A DNA stretch of 23,711 nt from the NCBI GenBank assembly GCA_964426185.1, contig CAYRPF010000053.1, forward strand, positions 1-23,711, given 5' to 3'. The notes beneath the pieces were generated by a model. The model did no database searches. It had not been told where the DNA came from and worked only from the letters and a program-made list of their open reading frames with translations. Below are positions 8,533 to 16,700 of the stretch, in pieces (within the stretch, counting starts at the first letter, position 1; each line of letters begins with the position of its first letter). The translations under genes were made by a program, and so were the position numbers. The stretch is from an uncultured archaeon (GTDB lineage Archaea; Asgardarchaeota; Lokiarchaeia; Sigyniarchaeales; Promethearchaeaceae).

Positions 8533-9660
8533 TCAATAATTTAATGGTTGAAATTCCACGCTAAGGGATGCTAACGAATCGTTCACTAGAACTGGTAATA
8601 TGAAAGAATCTCCTGGTTTTAATTCTACGCCTTCTGCGTTGAGAAATTGACCTTTGATATAGGTTTTCTGAAGGTTTGCAGGATCTTTAAGTATAAATTT
8701 TCCTTTTTTAGGTTGCAAGATCATGCAGTGTTCTGAAGGAGTCTGAGTGGCATCGGAAATAGGAAGAATTGGATCAAAGAAATTGGCGGGTAAGTCTAAA
8801 GGATAATCCAAAGAAGTAAATAATTCACGACCAATTCTATACTCTGGACCGATAAAATCTAAGCGAATTTCCGCTTCTAATTGGGATATTATCAGCTTAG
8901 CTTGTTGATAAAGTTTCGATTTAGTGGATTCTGATTTATCTTGAACAGCTGCTTTTTCTTCTTGAGTAGGGAAACCAGGGAATGGCTTTGTTTCTAATTG
9001 CGATAGGGTGGATTGCAAGTGTTTTATTTGTTCTTCCGTGTCTTTCATGTTTTGTTCCAAGGGTTGTTCGGAGGTAGAAGTTGGTTCAGTAATGGGGATG
9101 GATTCTTTTTTTATTTCCATTTCTCGTTTTGCTTCTAATTCGATCGTTGATTTCGCTGTTGATTCTAGCAGGGTTTCTGTATGTGTTTCGATCGTCGAAG
9201 ATAAAGCAGAAGTAGGGGTTGTTTTGGATGATTTCTTGGATTGATGGCTCAACTTTGAACTATATACGGACTTATTTGCCAATTTTCGTAAAATTGGGGA
9301 GCTGCTGGGATCAAATCCACCTGCTTGAATGGAAGTCAAAGCTTCTTTCGTGGGTCGTAATGGTGTAAAGATCTGATTTTGATTTTTTGGAATAGCTTTT
9401 GTTTGAGCATTTCCCATCATAGATTCGTGACTGATACCTCTAATTTTTGACATATCTTCTTCTATTTTTGCCAGTTCTTTTTGAATTTCTTGCTTAAAAA
9501 CGGGATCTTCCGTTTCTGCCAAAGCGGTCTGGCAAAGTTCTTTAAGTGTTAATAATAGTGTTTTATTTTTTTGAGCAGTGCCATGCTCGAAATCAAGGCG
9601 TTCTCGTAATTCATCGATTTTCTTCTTAAACTCTTTCACCGAACTCACTCTGGGTATCAT
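8533..9660 (-). CDS. Protein with N-terminal helical bundle, disordered S/T-rich linker and C-terminal degenerate FHA-like domain
   Basis: C-terminal 'YRIGRE...SEHCMI...FILKDP..LQKTYIKG...ELKPGD' follows the FHA pattern. Confidence 0.6.
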   Translation of the reverse strand: MIPRVSSVKEFKKKIDELRERLDFEHGTAQKNKTLLLTLKELCQTALAETEDPVFKQEIQKELAKIEEDMSKIRGISHESMMGNAQTKAIPKNQNQIFTPLRPTKEALTSIQAGGFDPSSSPILRKLANKSVYSSKLSHQSKKSSKTTPTSALSSTIETHTETLLESTAKSTIELEAKREMEIKKESIPITEPTSTSEQPLEQNMKDTEEQIKHLQSTLSQLETKPFPGFPTQEEKAAVQDKSESTKSKLYQQAKLIISQLEAEIRLDFIGPEYRIGRELFTSLDYPLDLPANFFDPILPISDATQTPSEHCMILQPKKGKFILKDPANLQKTYIKGQFLNAEGVELKPGDSFILPVLVNDSLASLSVEFQPLNY

Positions 9661-9803
9661 ATAAGTTGAACGAGCTAAAATAATTTTTGGTGTCTAATTC
9701 TTCGCAATACACATATTATGAAATTTTCCCGCTTTGTGTTATGAAAAATTAACCAATCCATCCTAGCTATGCCTTTAAATATAATAGGGAATATAACGCA
9801 CCT

Positions 9804-10325
9804 ATGAAATGGAATACCGAGACATTTCTGCTTATGATGGGATTTGTTATCGTTGTTGTAATTCTGCTGGTTATAATTGCCAACCTTTGGCAGAAAAATC
9901 GCAAAGTGCTGGAATATCAAGCTAAATATCCTTCCAGATACGTGTGCCTGGACGGGGATGTGGTCAGATCGATTTCCGAATGCTTGGTGGATAATTTCCT
10001 CTACAGAAACGGCATTAAACACAAGTATGAAGATGTGATTGTAAAATCTGCAGCCCATCAGTATAAATACGATTGGTATTTACCTGATATTAACCTTTAT
10101 TTGGAATTTTTTGGCTTTTCGGGTAAAAAATATAAGGAAACCATGGAAAAGAAGAAAAAATTCTACCGAGTGAACCATCTTTCCATGATGGAAATTCTTC
10201 CCAGCGATCTAGCGGATGTGAATAAAAACTTAAGGGAAAAATTCGGAAAGTATTGGGATAAAATTGCTCATACACAAGAGCGACACTGTCCCCACTGTGG
10301 TCAAGTTCTAGATGAGCGCGTATAA
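9804..10325 (+). CDS. Membrane-anchored PD-(D/E)xK (Vsr/DUF559-like) nuclease-fold protein
   Basis: N-terminal TM; 'DGDVVRSISE..VDNFL...GI.H.YE' and 'YDWYLPDINLYLEFFG...Y.....KKK.Y'; terminal CPHC. Confidence 0.6.
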   Translation: MKWNTETFLLMMGFVIVVVILLVIIANLWQKNRKVLEYQAKYPSRYVCLDGDVVRSISECLVDNFLYRNGIKHKYEDVIVKSAAHQYKYDWYLPDINLYLEFFGFSGKKYKETMEKKKKFYRVNHLSMMEILPSDLADVNKNLREKFGKYWDKIAHTQERHCPHCGQVLDERV

Positions 10326-10418
10326 ATTCTTGTTCTTTTAGGAACAGTATATGAAACTACCAAAGTTCTAGGCAAAAATTCATTTGAGTAATAAAAAAAA
10401 GAAGAGTAGATATCTGAT

Positions 10419-11471
10419 TTACATTTGAGCTGTGGAATATCTTCTTTCATGAGCCGCATTATATCGTCTTAATTTGGTGGAATAGGTTGAAATTTTTCCC
10501 AATTTTTCCAAACACCCTATTCCAGTTCCAAAAATCGAAATCCACAGAATTATTCGGAAAATGGAAGTAGGATCGAAATTCCATTGAGAAAATATACGAA
10601 GAACTTCAGGCGAATCTATTGCCCAGAGAAATCTCTGAATGTACAATATCTGAACAACAATCAATCCAATAAGCAATAATTGTTGGGTGTGTACGCGTTG
10701 AATTCCACCAAAGACCTGGAATAATTGGATTATTGCTTCTGCCATTCCTAATACTCCACATAATCTCATAAATTCCAAGAATTCAAGGGTAAATTGGGCA
10801 TTAATTGCTTCTATCGGCTGAATAATCATCATAAGCGCCCAGAATGCGCCCCAAATGGCATCTCCCAATAATGATTTTGTATTAATGGGCGGTTTTACCT
10901 TCTTTAATGATTTTTGAGTATTAAATTCAATATTCATTTCTTCTCTGATTGAATGCTTAATTTTTTCTGTTTCTTGACCCAAATCTTGAGGGAGATATCC
11001 TTGCATACTCAATGCTACGAAAATTATGGTTACAACCACTAATATGGGTAAAATAGAACTCCACAAACCCCCCAACATTCCTGTAAAATTTTCAAGGAAA
11101 GGTTTACTTAGTAATTGAGCAAAGAAAACAATTAAATTTATGGCAGACAGGGCAATTACTGCAAACATAAGAACTTTTTTATAAATTTCCCACCACTCTT
11201 CAGTGATATATATGTAAGGGGTTCCACGTTTTTTATATTCTTTGGTAATACTTTCAGGAGAACCCATTAAGCTGATTGCCTTTTGAATATGTTCCATTGA
11301 AATATCTTGACCATTTGCTAATTCTTCAGCTTTATCCCAGATATGCTCTTCCAATTCGCGTAAGATTTCCCTTTTTTCGAATTTATCATCCTTCAACCAT
11401 CCGGGCAGTTTTTCTTCAACATCTTTTAAAAACGCTTTAATTTCAATTTCCATTTTGTATTTATTATTCAT
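10419..11471 (-). CDS. HAAS-domain membrane protein (PadR partner)
   Basis: 'FLKDVEEKLP...EILRELEEHIWD...AISLMGSPESITKEY' followed by several TM helices. The true start is ATG11471 (AAGGAGG 9 nt upstream), overlapping the padR stop. Confidence 0.8.
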   Translation of the reverse strand: MNNKYKMEIEIKAFLKDVEEKLPGWLKDDKFEKREILRELEEHIWDKAEELANGQDISMEHIQKAISLMGSPESITKEYKKRGTPYIYITEEWWEIYKKVLMFAVIALSAINLIVFFAQLLSKPFLENFTGMLGGLWSSILPILVVVTIIFVALSMQGYLPQDLGQETEKIKHSIREEMNIEFNTQKSLKKVKPPINTKSLLGDAIWGAFWALMMIIQPIEAINAQFTLEFLEFMRLCGVLGMAEAIIQLFQVFGGIQRVHTQQLLLIGLIVVQILYIQRFLWAIDSPEVLRIFSQWNFDPTSIFRIILWISIFGTGIGCLEKLGKISTYSTKLRRYNAAHERRYSTAQM

Positions 11472-12027
11472 GGTGATTTTCCTCCTTTGAAGGTTCATTC
11501 CCAATTAATCCTTCTAAATTGAAACCGCACACCTCGCAAAATCTTACTTCTTGCTGGGATACATCAATTTTATTCGCACAATTGGGACAAAAAAAGTTAT
11601 TTTCATGAAGTTCAACATGCATTTCAAACAAGGTTGACATCGATTCAATAAGTTTATTGAAAAATCCTGTAAGATGATTTTGAATGAGTTGACCCTTTGG
11701 GGTGATAAAATAATATTTTCGGAGTCGATTATTAACCGTTTTCCGTTGAGATTGAATGAGTTCATCTTTTTCCAGCTTTTTTAGAATAGGATATAAAGTG
11801 CCTTCTTCAATTATCAGCATTTGTTTTGTGGTGTTTTCCAGTTCTTTGAGCAATTGATAACCATAAATACCCTCAGGTGAGTGATCATCAATGATTTTGA
11901 GAACAGATATGGTGCTTATGCCCCTCAAAATCTCAGATTCTGCCCTTTCAACAAAATGGCGGAATCCTTCATCACTCATAAGGCTATCCGTTTGAAATGA
12001 CTTAATTCGTTTAATCATATTATTCAC
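11464..12027 (-). CDS. PadR family transcriptional regulator with C-terminal zinc ribbon
   Basis: 'YGYQLLKEL', 'EEGTLYPILKKLEKDELI' and 'RKYYFITPKG'; C-terminal CPNC..CEVC. Confidence 0.92.
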   Translation of the reverse strand: MNNMIKRIKSFQTDSLMSDEGFRHFVERAESEILRGISTISVLKIIDDHSPEGIYGYQLLKELENTTKQMLIIEEGTLYPILKKLEKDELIQSQRKTVNNRLRKYYFITPKGQLIQNHLTGFFNKLIESMSTLFEMHVELHENNFFCPNCANKIDVSQQEVRFCEVCGFNLEGLIGNEPSKEENHHE

Positions 12028-12030
12028 CGT

Positions 12031-12073
12031 ATACTATGTTGTTCAAAGTATAATACTATATTATTCAAGGTAT
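12031..12073. promoter_or_regulatory. Two tandem palindromic operator-like boxes upstream of padR
   Basis: ATACTATGTTGTTCAAAGTAT (12031-12051) and ATACTATATTATTCAAGGTAT (12053-12073). A minus-strand TTTATATA lies at 12087-12080. Confidence 0.7.
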
Positions 12074-12163
12074 GTTTCATATATAAATCATACTAGAGCC
12101 AATTTTTGATACACGGTAGAATTTCGAGAATTCTTTTATAGGCGACTTCTCTTATTATTTATA

Positions 12164-13288
12164 ATGGGATTCCTAAACTATTCAGTATATGAACCAATAG
12201 AAAAGGAGATTCCCGTTGTTATTATTCTTTACTGTATTATTATCATTCAAGTCTTACTTCTTACCCTTTTTCTGATTTTTCGATGGCATAATCGGAGAGT
12301 TTTAGCCATACGTTATCTTTCTTGGAGTTTTTGTTCATACGTACTTGCTTTTTCTTGTTTTCTAGTTTCTGCTTTGGAAGGCCTTGTTACTGGGTATAAA
12401 ATGCAAATTTACCGATATTTCATGGGATTTGGTTATTTTTTCTTCATATTGGGCCACATTCTTTTTATCTTGTTTTCAAAGGAGATATTTTCTCTTGAAT
12501 GGAAAAATGTGCAAATATATATTATTATCGGAGGAATTGTTTCCATATCAGTAGTTCTACCTCAAAACTACTATGGTGTACCAACAGGAAGTGAAGGTCC
12601 TGACAACATCCGATTCTATTCTTCTCTCGCTATGTTAATATTTTCTTTGTTTCTCTTTGGGCGGATAGCTTTACGTACATTTCAAGTTTACAGAAAAATG
12701 ACTTTAAAATATGCGCGATATGGATTTCTCGGATTTTTCATAGGTGAAATTGCTATGATTTTCGTATTTCTTTTTATTTTAGCAGATTTTCTCTATTGGG
12801 AATTTAATCTTTTATCTGGTTACACTATATTCTACTATTTTGCTGTAATTTCAGGAATAGTAAGTATTGGAGGATTTTTTTTAGGAATCTACGTTCCACC
12901 AAAGCTGCAAGCACAAGAATTTCGAAAATTAGCTGAAAAAATGTTAGTTGAAGAAAAAAAGGATGAAATGATATCAGTTCAAAACCGAGTAGAGAGCGTT
13001 GATAAAAAAAATCTACCATTGTTTAACAGTCGATCGATCGGTCTTTCACCATTACCAAAAACTACTGGAGAAAAGCCTGCAATCTTAATACAATGCCCTA
13101 GCTGCTTAAATCACCTATATTATGAAATTCCAAAGTCATTAATTCAAGCAAGGGCTCAGAATCAAAAAGATCTGGTATCTATCAAAATTCCAGTAGGATT
13201 AATCTGTAATCATTCATTTTTAGTTTATCTTGACAGAAATTTTTCTATTCGATCATATTCTATGATTGATCTTGAAAATAAAGGATAA
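12164..13288 (+). CDS. Seven-TM membrane protein with C-terminal zinc-binding domain (CxxC...CxH)
   Basis: Seven hydrophobic segments in residues ~17-245, a charged linker, then 'IQCPSC...VSIKIPVGLICNHSFLVYLDRNFSIRSY'. Confidence 0.7.
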   Translation: MGFLNYSVYEPIEKEIPVVIILYCIIIIQVLLLTLFLIFRWHNRRVLAIRYLSWSFCSYVLAFSCFLVSALEGLVTGYKMQIYRYFMGFGYFFFILGHILFILFSKEIFSLEWKNVQIYIIIGGIVSISVVLPQNYYGVPTGSEGPDNIRFYSSLAMLIFSLFLFGRIALRTFQVYRKMTLKYARYGFLGFFIGEIAMIFVFLFILADFLYWEFNLLSGYTIFYYFAVISGIVSIGGFFLGIYVPPKLQAQEFRKLAEKMLVEEKKDEMISVQNRVESVDKKNLPLFNSRSIGLSPLPKTTGEKPAILIQCPSCLNHLYYEIPKSLIQARAQNQKDLVSIKIPVGLICNHSFLVYLDRNFSIRSYSMIDLENKG

Positions 13289-13320
13289 GGCTTTTTTAGA
13301 TTCCACCGCATGTATTAGAT

Positions 13321-14139
13321 ATGACATCAGATTTGATTCAACTTGAATATAATGATAGTGGTGAGATCGCTACTCTCTGGTTAAATCGACCCAAAAAAAT
13401 GAATGCTCTTAACTGGGAAATGTTCTCACTTTTATCAGAACACTTAGATTCACTCAGTACCAATTCAAAGATTCGAGTTATCCTTCTAAAAAGTCGCTCA
13501 ACGGTATTTTCTGCAGGAATTGATGTAAAATTATTGGCAGGTTTCGATCCCGGTGCTCCAAAACTGAATTTAAAGGGGAAATCTTTCCGTTACATGATGC
13601 GAACGAAACTACAAGGGATATTCACTAAGCTGCGCACAATGGAAGTACCAATTATTGCTGTTGTTGATGGAATATGCTATGGTTCCGGCTTTGAGTTAGT
13701 TCTTGCTTGTGATTTTATATACGCTACAGACAATACCATTTTTCAAATGAAAGAAGCTCATTTGGGCATAATTCCAGATTTAGGAGGGGTTACTCGATTG
13801 ATTCATTTGATTAATCCTTCATTTGTTAAGGAGATTTGCATTGCTGCCCGAAAAATAACGGCAGCTGAAGCATATCGAATGGGTTTTGTGAATGATACTG
13901 CCTCTAATATGGAAGAACTTTTAAAGAAGGTTGAAAATCTTCAAAATGCCATTCTTGAAGCAGCGCCTTTAGCGGTAGGTATGGGCAAGCGACTCATTGA
14001 TGAACTTTACGGCGTTCCAGAATTGGTCGGATTGGATAAAGAAGCACACATAAATTCTTTTCTCTTCACCACTAAAGATCACCGAAGAGCGATTGATGCT
14101 TTTTTGGATAAATCCAAGCCAAAGTGGAAGGGCAATTAA
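13321..14139 (+). CDS. Enoyl-CoA hydratase/isomerase (crotonase) family protein
   Basis: Motifs 'LNRPKKMNAL', 'FSAGID', 'GSGFELVLACD', 'EAHLGIIPDLGG' and 'AFLDKSKPKWKG'. Confidence 0.95.
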   Translation: MTSDLIQLEYNDSGEIATLWLNRPKKMNALNWEMFSLLSEHLDSLSTNSKIRVILLKSRSTVFSAGIDVKLLAGFDPGAPKLNLKGKSFRYMMRTKLQGIFTKLRTMEVPIIAVVDGICYGSGFELVLACDFIYATDNTIFQMKEAHLGIIPDLGGVTRLIHLINPSFVKEICIAARKITAAEAYRMGFVNDTASNMEELLKKVENLQNAILEAAPLAVGMGKRLIDELYGVPELVGLDKEAHINSFLFTTKDHRRAIDAFLDKSKPKWKGN

Positions 14140-14143
14140 GAGA
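14045..14143 (+). repeat. 99-bp direct repeat, copy 1 (3' end of the crotonase gene)
   Basis: Matches 15006-15104 at 97/99 nt. Confidence 0.95.
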
Positions 14144-14327
14144 GCAATGTTAGTTGAAGCAAAAAAGCAAGAAAATATATTTCTATCGAGATTCTCCATA
14201 TTACGCAAAATTAGCAATTCAAAAGATTAGAAATATTGGCAAATTTTCCCCATATTAAAAAAAACGACAAAAGTTTCATGATTACTTAATCCTAAGATTT
14301 AAATAAAATGGGAAAAATCCTTAACCA

Positions 14328-14984
14328 ATGAAAAGCCGAAAAAAAATCTTACTGACCATTTTTTGTTTTTTTGCTATTATTTCATTTGTAACCACAACTT
14401 CTGCTAATATTGGTGTATCTGTTGATCAAACCTATCTTTTTCAAGGGAGAATGGATTGGAGAAATGCAGACAAACCACAAATACTCACGTGGGAAACAGA
14501 AATTATAATCACAGCCGTAGAAGAATTGACAATTAATTATACAATAATAAAATCAAACGTCGTTGAAACAGGAGGTTGTGAATCTGGGGCTAAAGAATAT
14601 AACCATACAGATGTAAGAGCGATGATCTATTCAGATGATGCCTTGACTAATGATTCGATATTACACTTCAGATTATCGAACGCTTATCAAATAAACACCT
14701 ATTTTATCAATAAAGATTTTGCCCCGAAAACTCTTGAACATCATGGATCTGATATTTTGATGGGAAATTACACCCTTAAGGTAAGTTATGATTCCAATGG
14801 GGTGATCGAAACTTATAACTGGATTGATACTTCAGAATTTAATCGAAACACTACAATCGAACGAAACACCAATAGCGATGGTTTTACTTTGGATGCCTAT
14901 CCGTTGTTAATAATTGGAGTTGCGATATATATTGGTTTTCTTCTGATTATTAAAAAAAGCAGATATCAGAAACCTACTAACTGA
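14328..14984 (+). CDS. Small secreted, C-terminally anchored surface protein (Loki-CTERM-like)
   Basis: Signal peptide 'MKSRKKILLTIFCFFAIISFVTTTSA'; several N-glycosylation sequons; C-terminal 'LDAYP' + TM + KKSR. Confidence 0.75.
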   Translation: MKSRKKILLTIFCFFAIISFVTTTSANIGVSVDQTYLFQGRMDWRNADKPQILTWETEIIITAVEELTINYTIIKSNVVETGGCESGAKEYNHTDVRAMIYSDDALTNDSILHFRLSNAYQINTYFINKDFAPKTLEHHGSDILMGNYTLKVSYDSNGVIETYNWIDTSEFNRNTTIERNTNSDGFTLDAYPLLIIGVAIYIGFLLIIKKSRYQKPTN

Positions 14985-15005
14985 TAAGAATGTTTGCGTT
15001 TCAAT

Positions 15006-15104
15006 CACACGTAAATTCTTTTCTCTTCACCACTAAAGATCACCGAAGAGCGATTGATGCTTTTTTGGATAAATCCAAGCCAAAGTGGAAGGGTAATTAA
15101 GAGA
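15006..15104 (+). repeat. 99-bp direct repeat, copy 2 (orphan crotonase 3' end including stop codon)
   Basis: Encodes HVNSFLFTTKDHRRAIDAFLDKSKPKWKGN*. Mismatches to copy 1 occur only at 15011 and 15094. Confidence 0.95.
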
Positions 15105-15113
15105 AATTCGAAA

Positions 15114-16676
15114 ATGTGGGTCTATAAGGTAATTCTCGGCATATTGTGGATATTACTAGCACTTTCTTATGCATCTGTTCACTATCGGCAGCGCTACCTT
15201 ATAAAATGGTATGTACCTAAGCATCTCAGAGTGAGCAGCTTAGTACTTTTATCCATCTTTTTTTCTTACACTGGATTAGAAATGTTATGCTATTTTCTAA
15301 CCGATCATTTTCTTTTTTCCTTATTTCTCTATTCAATGGTTCAAATCACTTTAATTTTATTTCCAATCTGGCTGAGAATTAAACTTTACCGACTTTATTA
15401 TGAAAAAAATATGGATATACCTGAAACCCTTAAAAATTGGCATAAATTTGGCCCTTATTTAATTCCTCATCCATCCTATCAAAAATTTTTGTCAATTCTT
15501 TGGTGTAATAGTCAAAAATCAAGATTTGAAATTGGAGAGACGGACGCATCATTGCATACTTTGAAATCTTCTGTAATTGCAACACAGAAAAGAATAAAGC
15601 AAAAGATTCGGAAATTAAACCGAGTGACCATCGATCTTTCTAAATTTCCTCGTGGATTTTATTATAGATTGGATAAATCGCAAGTTACTTTCCATATATC
15701 AACTTCATTAATTGAAAATTTGATTAAACCCAGATCAAAGAATGAATTGAATAACACAATTGAAATCGTTGCAATTAGCGACTTACATGCAGATCTCACT
15801 TCAATCCAAAAGGAAGTAAACATCATCCGCAAATTATGCCCAAAACCTGATTTTATAATAAGCAGTGGCGATAATATTACTAATGCATCAACATGGACTA
15901 GTTGGGGGCGATTAATTGCACCATTTGAAGATTTTTTGGCTTCTCGACCGTTTTTATCTTGTTCTGGCAACCATGATGCAGACAAAATTCGAAAAGTTAA
16001 GAATTGGCAAGTAATATTGCCGTACCACGATTTTTCTTCAAAGAAAGGAACTTCAAATGATCTGTATTATTCTTTAACTTTTGGGCCGCTTAAATTGTTC
16101 TTTATTGATTTATATAATGGAGGGCATAATCCAAGAATTCCCAATTCAAATCAAATGGCTCGTCTTCAGCATGATCTTCAAAATTCTCCCGAAAAAATTA
16201 AGATTTTAATTATGCACAATTCAATTTTTTGCACAGGGGAATTTGGGTGTGACAATGTTTTAGGAGAGATTTTTCTCCCAATTATTGATTCATTTAAAAT
16301 CCCTTTGGTTATCTCAGGTCATGCTCATATATTTGAGGCGTTTTACCGGAAAAATCCCAAAAATAATCTTGAAACACTTTTTCTGGTAAACGGCGGTGGA
16401 GGTGGAAAGCTGGATGATATGATATTAAAACGTAAATCTTTCATTACTGTACCATATCGATGGGAATCAAGAGAACATCGTGCTAAAATACAACCTTATT
16501 TGGAGGGAAATACTTCCAGTGCTTTTAGAAATGATAAGGCTGTCTTAAACTATCAAGAATTTGGCTCTATCACCCATTCTTGGTGTAAAATAAAGCTTAA
16601 CACTTTAAAAATTCACGTAGAAGCCTTCGATTGGGAAGGAACTCTTCTATATCACAAAGATATACCAATAAAATGA
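15114..16676 (+). CDS. Membrane-anchored calcineurin-like metallophosphoesterase (purple acid phosphatase-like)
   Basis: Motifs SDLH, SGDN, GNHD, MHN and SGHAH; three N-terminal TMs. The start is reassigned to ATG15114 because the ORF-track start at 15054 lies inside the duplicated crotonase tail. Confidence 0.85.
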   Translation: MWVYKVILGILWILLALSYASVHYRQRYLIKWYVPKHLRVSSLVLLSIFFSYTGLEMLCYFLTDHFLFSLFLYSMVQITLILFPIWLRIKLYRLYYEKNMDIPETLKNWHKFGPYLIPHPSYQKFLSILWCNSQKSRFEIGETDASLHTLKSSVIATQKRIKQKIRKLNRVTIDLSKFPRGFYYRLDKSQVTFHISTSLIENLIKPRSKNELNNTIEIVAISDLHADLTSIQKEVNIIRKLCPKPDFIISSGDNITNASTWTSWGRLIAPFEDFLASRPFLSCSGNHDADKIRKVKNWQVILPYHDFSSKKGTSNDLYYSLTFGPLKLFFIDLYNGGHNPRIPNSNQMARLQHDLQNSPEKIKILIMHNSIFCTGEFGCDNVLGEIFLPIIDSFKIPLVISGHAHIFEAFYRKNPKNNLETLFLVNGGGGGKLDDMILKRKSFITVPYRWESREHRAKIQPYLEGNTSSAFRNDKAVLNYQEFGSITHSWCKIKLNTLKIHVEAFDWEGTLLYHKDIPIK

Positions 16677-16700
16677 ATAATTAAATAGGTATTTTTTGCT

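Larger units (their letters stand above)
14045..15104. mobile_element. Putative non-autonomous integrated cassette (961-bp unit) bounded by attL/attR-like repeats
   Basis: A duplicated gene 3' end flanks a single cargo gene. No integrase is present. Confidence 0.55.

Noticed and set aside
7371-10325. Methyltransferase plus PD-(D/E)xK protein as a restriction-modification pair
   Set aside because: They are separated by an unrelated opposite-strand gene, and the nuclease-like protein is membrane-anchored.
12164-13288. Rhodopsin assignment for the 7TM protein
   Set aside because: No retinal-binding lysine in the seventh helix.
15054-15113. ORF-track N-terminal extension of the metallophosphoesterase
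   Set aside because: It is an out-of-frame reading of the duplicated crotonase tail; ATG15114 is the better start.
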